Assembly: GCA_054661495.1 (NCBI GenBank)
Contig: BAAFSQ010000290.1
Span: 1-12,457, forward strand
DNA length: 12,457 nt
Source of the DNA: Zygophlyctis sp. KS116
Taxonomy: Eukaryota > Fungi > Chytridiomycota
Direction: 5' to 3'
Both the position numbers and the translations under genes were made by a program. Below are positions 10,986-12,457 of the stretch, piece after piece. How positions within the stretch are numbered: position 1 is the first letter of the stretch; the number at the start of each line of letters is the position of its first letter. The notes under the pieces are model-generated. The model made no database searches. It was given only the letters and a program-made list of their open reading frames with translations, and was not told the DNA's origin.

Positions 10986-11711
10986 TTATAATAATGAATC
11001 AGTTGTCATGACACTGTTACGACTCATTCTAGCCTTGAAAATTGTTGATTTTCTTGATTTTCGTTTGTTACGTTTTGGTTCAATGGTTCTCATTTCTTTA
11101 ATTTCATCATCATCATCATCATCATCTGAATAGTTGAAATCATAACTATCCATAGTTTGTCGATTCATGCTTTCAAAGGTTTCAGATTGAGTTGATAGAT
11201 AACTCGTTCTTTCTAAATGCATGTCCGGATTAGATTGGAGTTCTTTTTTAAGTCTAGAGTACTCTTCCATCTTTGAATCGGCCTCTTTATCTTTGATGAT
11301 AGGAGAAGGAGGCATATCAATCCCTTTTGCCCATGAAGATTGGGTTTGTTTAAAGTCATTACTTGGTGTGATCAATCCTGATAGAGGTGGAGCATAGATA
11401 TCATATTTTGGATCATAATCCTTTTCTCTTTCTATCTCTAACAGTTTATGGGTTATTAGTATGCTGAGTAACAATACTGATCGATGAGTTGATTAATGCT
11501 TACCTAGAAATAGACCACTTAACAGACATGCAAGAAATATAGGATTTAAGTCTGGATCTGTAGCTTTAAAATCATATTTTGGTTGGTTTAATGTAAACTG
11601 GAAGGATAGATCTCTCTTCTGTAGTGATGGCCTGTTGCTGCTATCAATGATATCAATCAGGGGTATAGAAACAGAGACACTTATAAAGAATAAAACAGAG
11701 TAGGTGAACAT
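10986..11711 (-). CDS. Hypothetical type I single-pass membrane protein (~232 aa), 2 exons: complement(join(10986..11476,11504..11711))
   Basis: ATG at 11711. Signal peptide MFTYSVLFFISVSVS and an LQKR|D dibasic site. The 27-nt intron 11477-11503 (GTAAGC..CAG) joins the TM IFLACLLSGLFL|VLLLSILIT. The tail has poly-Asp followed by a basic KRNKRKSRK stretch. Confidence 0.75.
11106..11126. repeat. (ATC)7 trinucleotide microsatellite encoding poly-Asp
   Basis: atcatcatcatcatcatcatc read as GAT x7 on the minus strand. Confidence 0.85.
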
Positions 11712-11854
11712 GAATCTATCTATAATTTTCAACTATCTAAAAATAGAAAATAGCCGCCACTTTAGTTCCAAGAATAGACTAATCACATTTCTCAACAAAT
11801 ACTTAATTTCTATCCCAAGATTATTTATTTTCTTTTTCTAACACTCTCGATTAT

Positions 11855-12457
11855 TCAAATATCTTCCATATTCAGGCTTGTAAATTGCCCTCCTTTGAAA
11901 GGATTTAATGATTCTCCAGAATATGCTGAACTGACGCAAGAATAAACTCTCAGATTTGATTCCGAAATACTAGATAATGGAGAGTTAACAAGTTCGTTAT
12001 CTTGATATTTATTCATTCCATCCCAGTCCGTTTGACGACGAAATAAATGACTGTTATTCAAGGAACCCGAAACGGATATTGGGCTTGAAGGGGAAATTAT
12101 GTGAACCTCCTCTAATCCAAGATACGAAATTGTAGAATCCTCTGCAAATGAAGAATCAGTCGGGAACGAATTTTTGGCTTTTGATCTGATTGGATTCTGA
12201 TTTACTCCCATATTTATCACAGGTATATCCCTATTCTTATCCGCGATGACTCTATCCTCATCATTATCTGACCGATATGTGTTTCTCTCCTCGTGATTAT
12301 CTGCATTGTTTTTTCGGAATCTGTAACCAACAAATGTGATCGCAGAGATGAATATGACTACGCCTAGAGTAAAACCAACAATGAGAGGGGCTTTTGTTTC
12401 ATTTGAATTTTCTGAGCTACTTTGAGCATCTTCTGAGCTTAAGTTATTACTTGTATC
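11855..12457 (-). CDS. 5'-truncated single-pass membrane protein with Ser/Asn-rich ectodomain and Ser-rich cytoplasmic tail
   Basis: Frame is open from the window end: DTSNNLSSEDAQSSSENSNETKAP-LIVGFTLGVVIFISAITFVGY-RFRKNN... (TM ~12323-12385), continuing into the listed 11855..12220 ORF; TGA at 11855-11857. Confidence 0.78.
   Translation of the reverse strand, partial: DTSNNLSSEDAQSSSENSNETKAPLIVGFTLGVVIFISAITFVGYRFRKNNADNHEERNTYRSDNDEDRVIADKNRDIPVINMGVNQNPIRSKAKNSFPTDSSFAEDSTISYLGLEEVHIISPSSPISVSGSLNNSHLFRRQTDWDGMNKYQDNELVNSPLSSISESNLRVYSCVSSAYSGESLNPFKGGQFTSLNMEDI

Noticed and set aside
12410-12439. TTCTGAGCT repeated at 21-nt spacing
   Set aside because: Only two copies, encoding SSE in a low-complexity ectodomain; not an array or CRISPR.

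Overview
Extremely compact, AT-rich eukaryotic (very probably fungal; a zoosporic/chytrid-like lineage is my inference) genomic segment using the standard genetic code. The fragmented ORF track is explained by 18 ultra-short spliceosomal introns (23-31 nt, all starting GTA and ending AG; one has an uncertain acceptor), which I resolved by hand into 9 protein-coding genes. These are a 5'-truncated protein with three tandem dsRBD-like repeats (+), DPM1 (-), Ric8/synembryn-like GEF (-), a secreted, probably GPI-anchored Alginate_lyase/PL38-like protein with both conserved active-site His positions substituted (+), a full-length ABCC/MRP transporter (-), GOS1 SNARE (+) and three unassigned single-pass membrane proteins (-). 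Intergenic spacers are 18-212 nt, including co-oriented genes only 20 and 23 nt apart. I found no RNA genes, mobile elements or CRISPR arrays. Family assignments come from motif recognition only; no searches were run.
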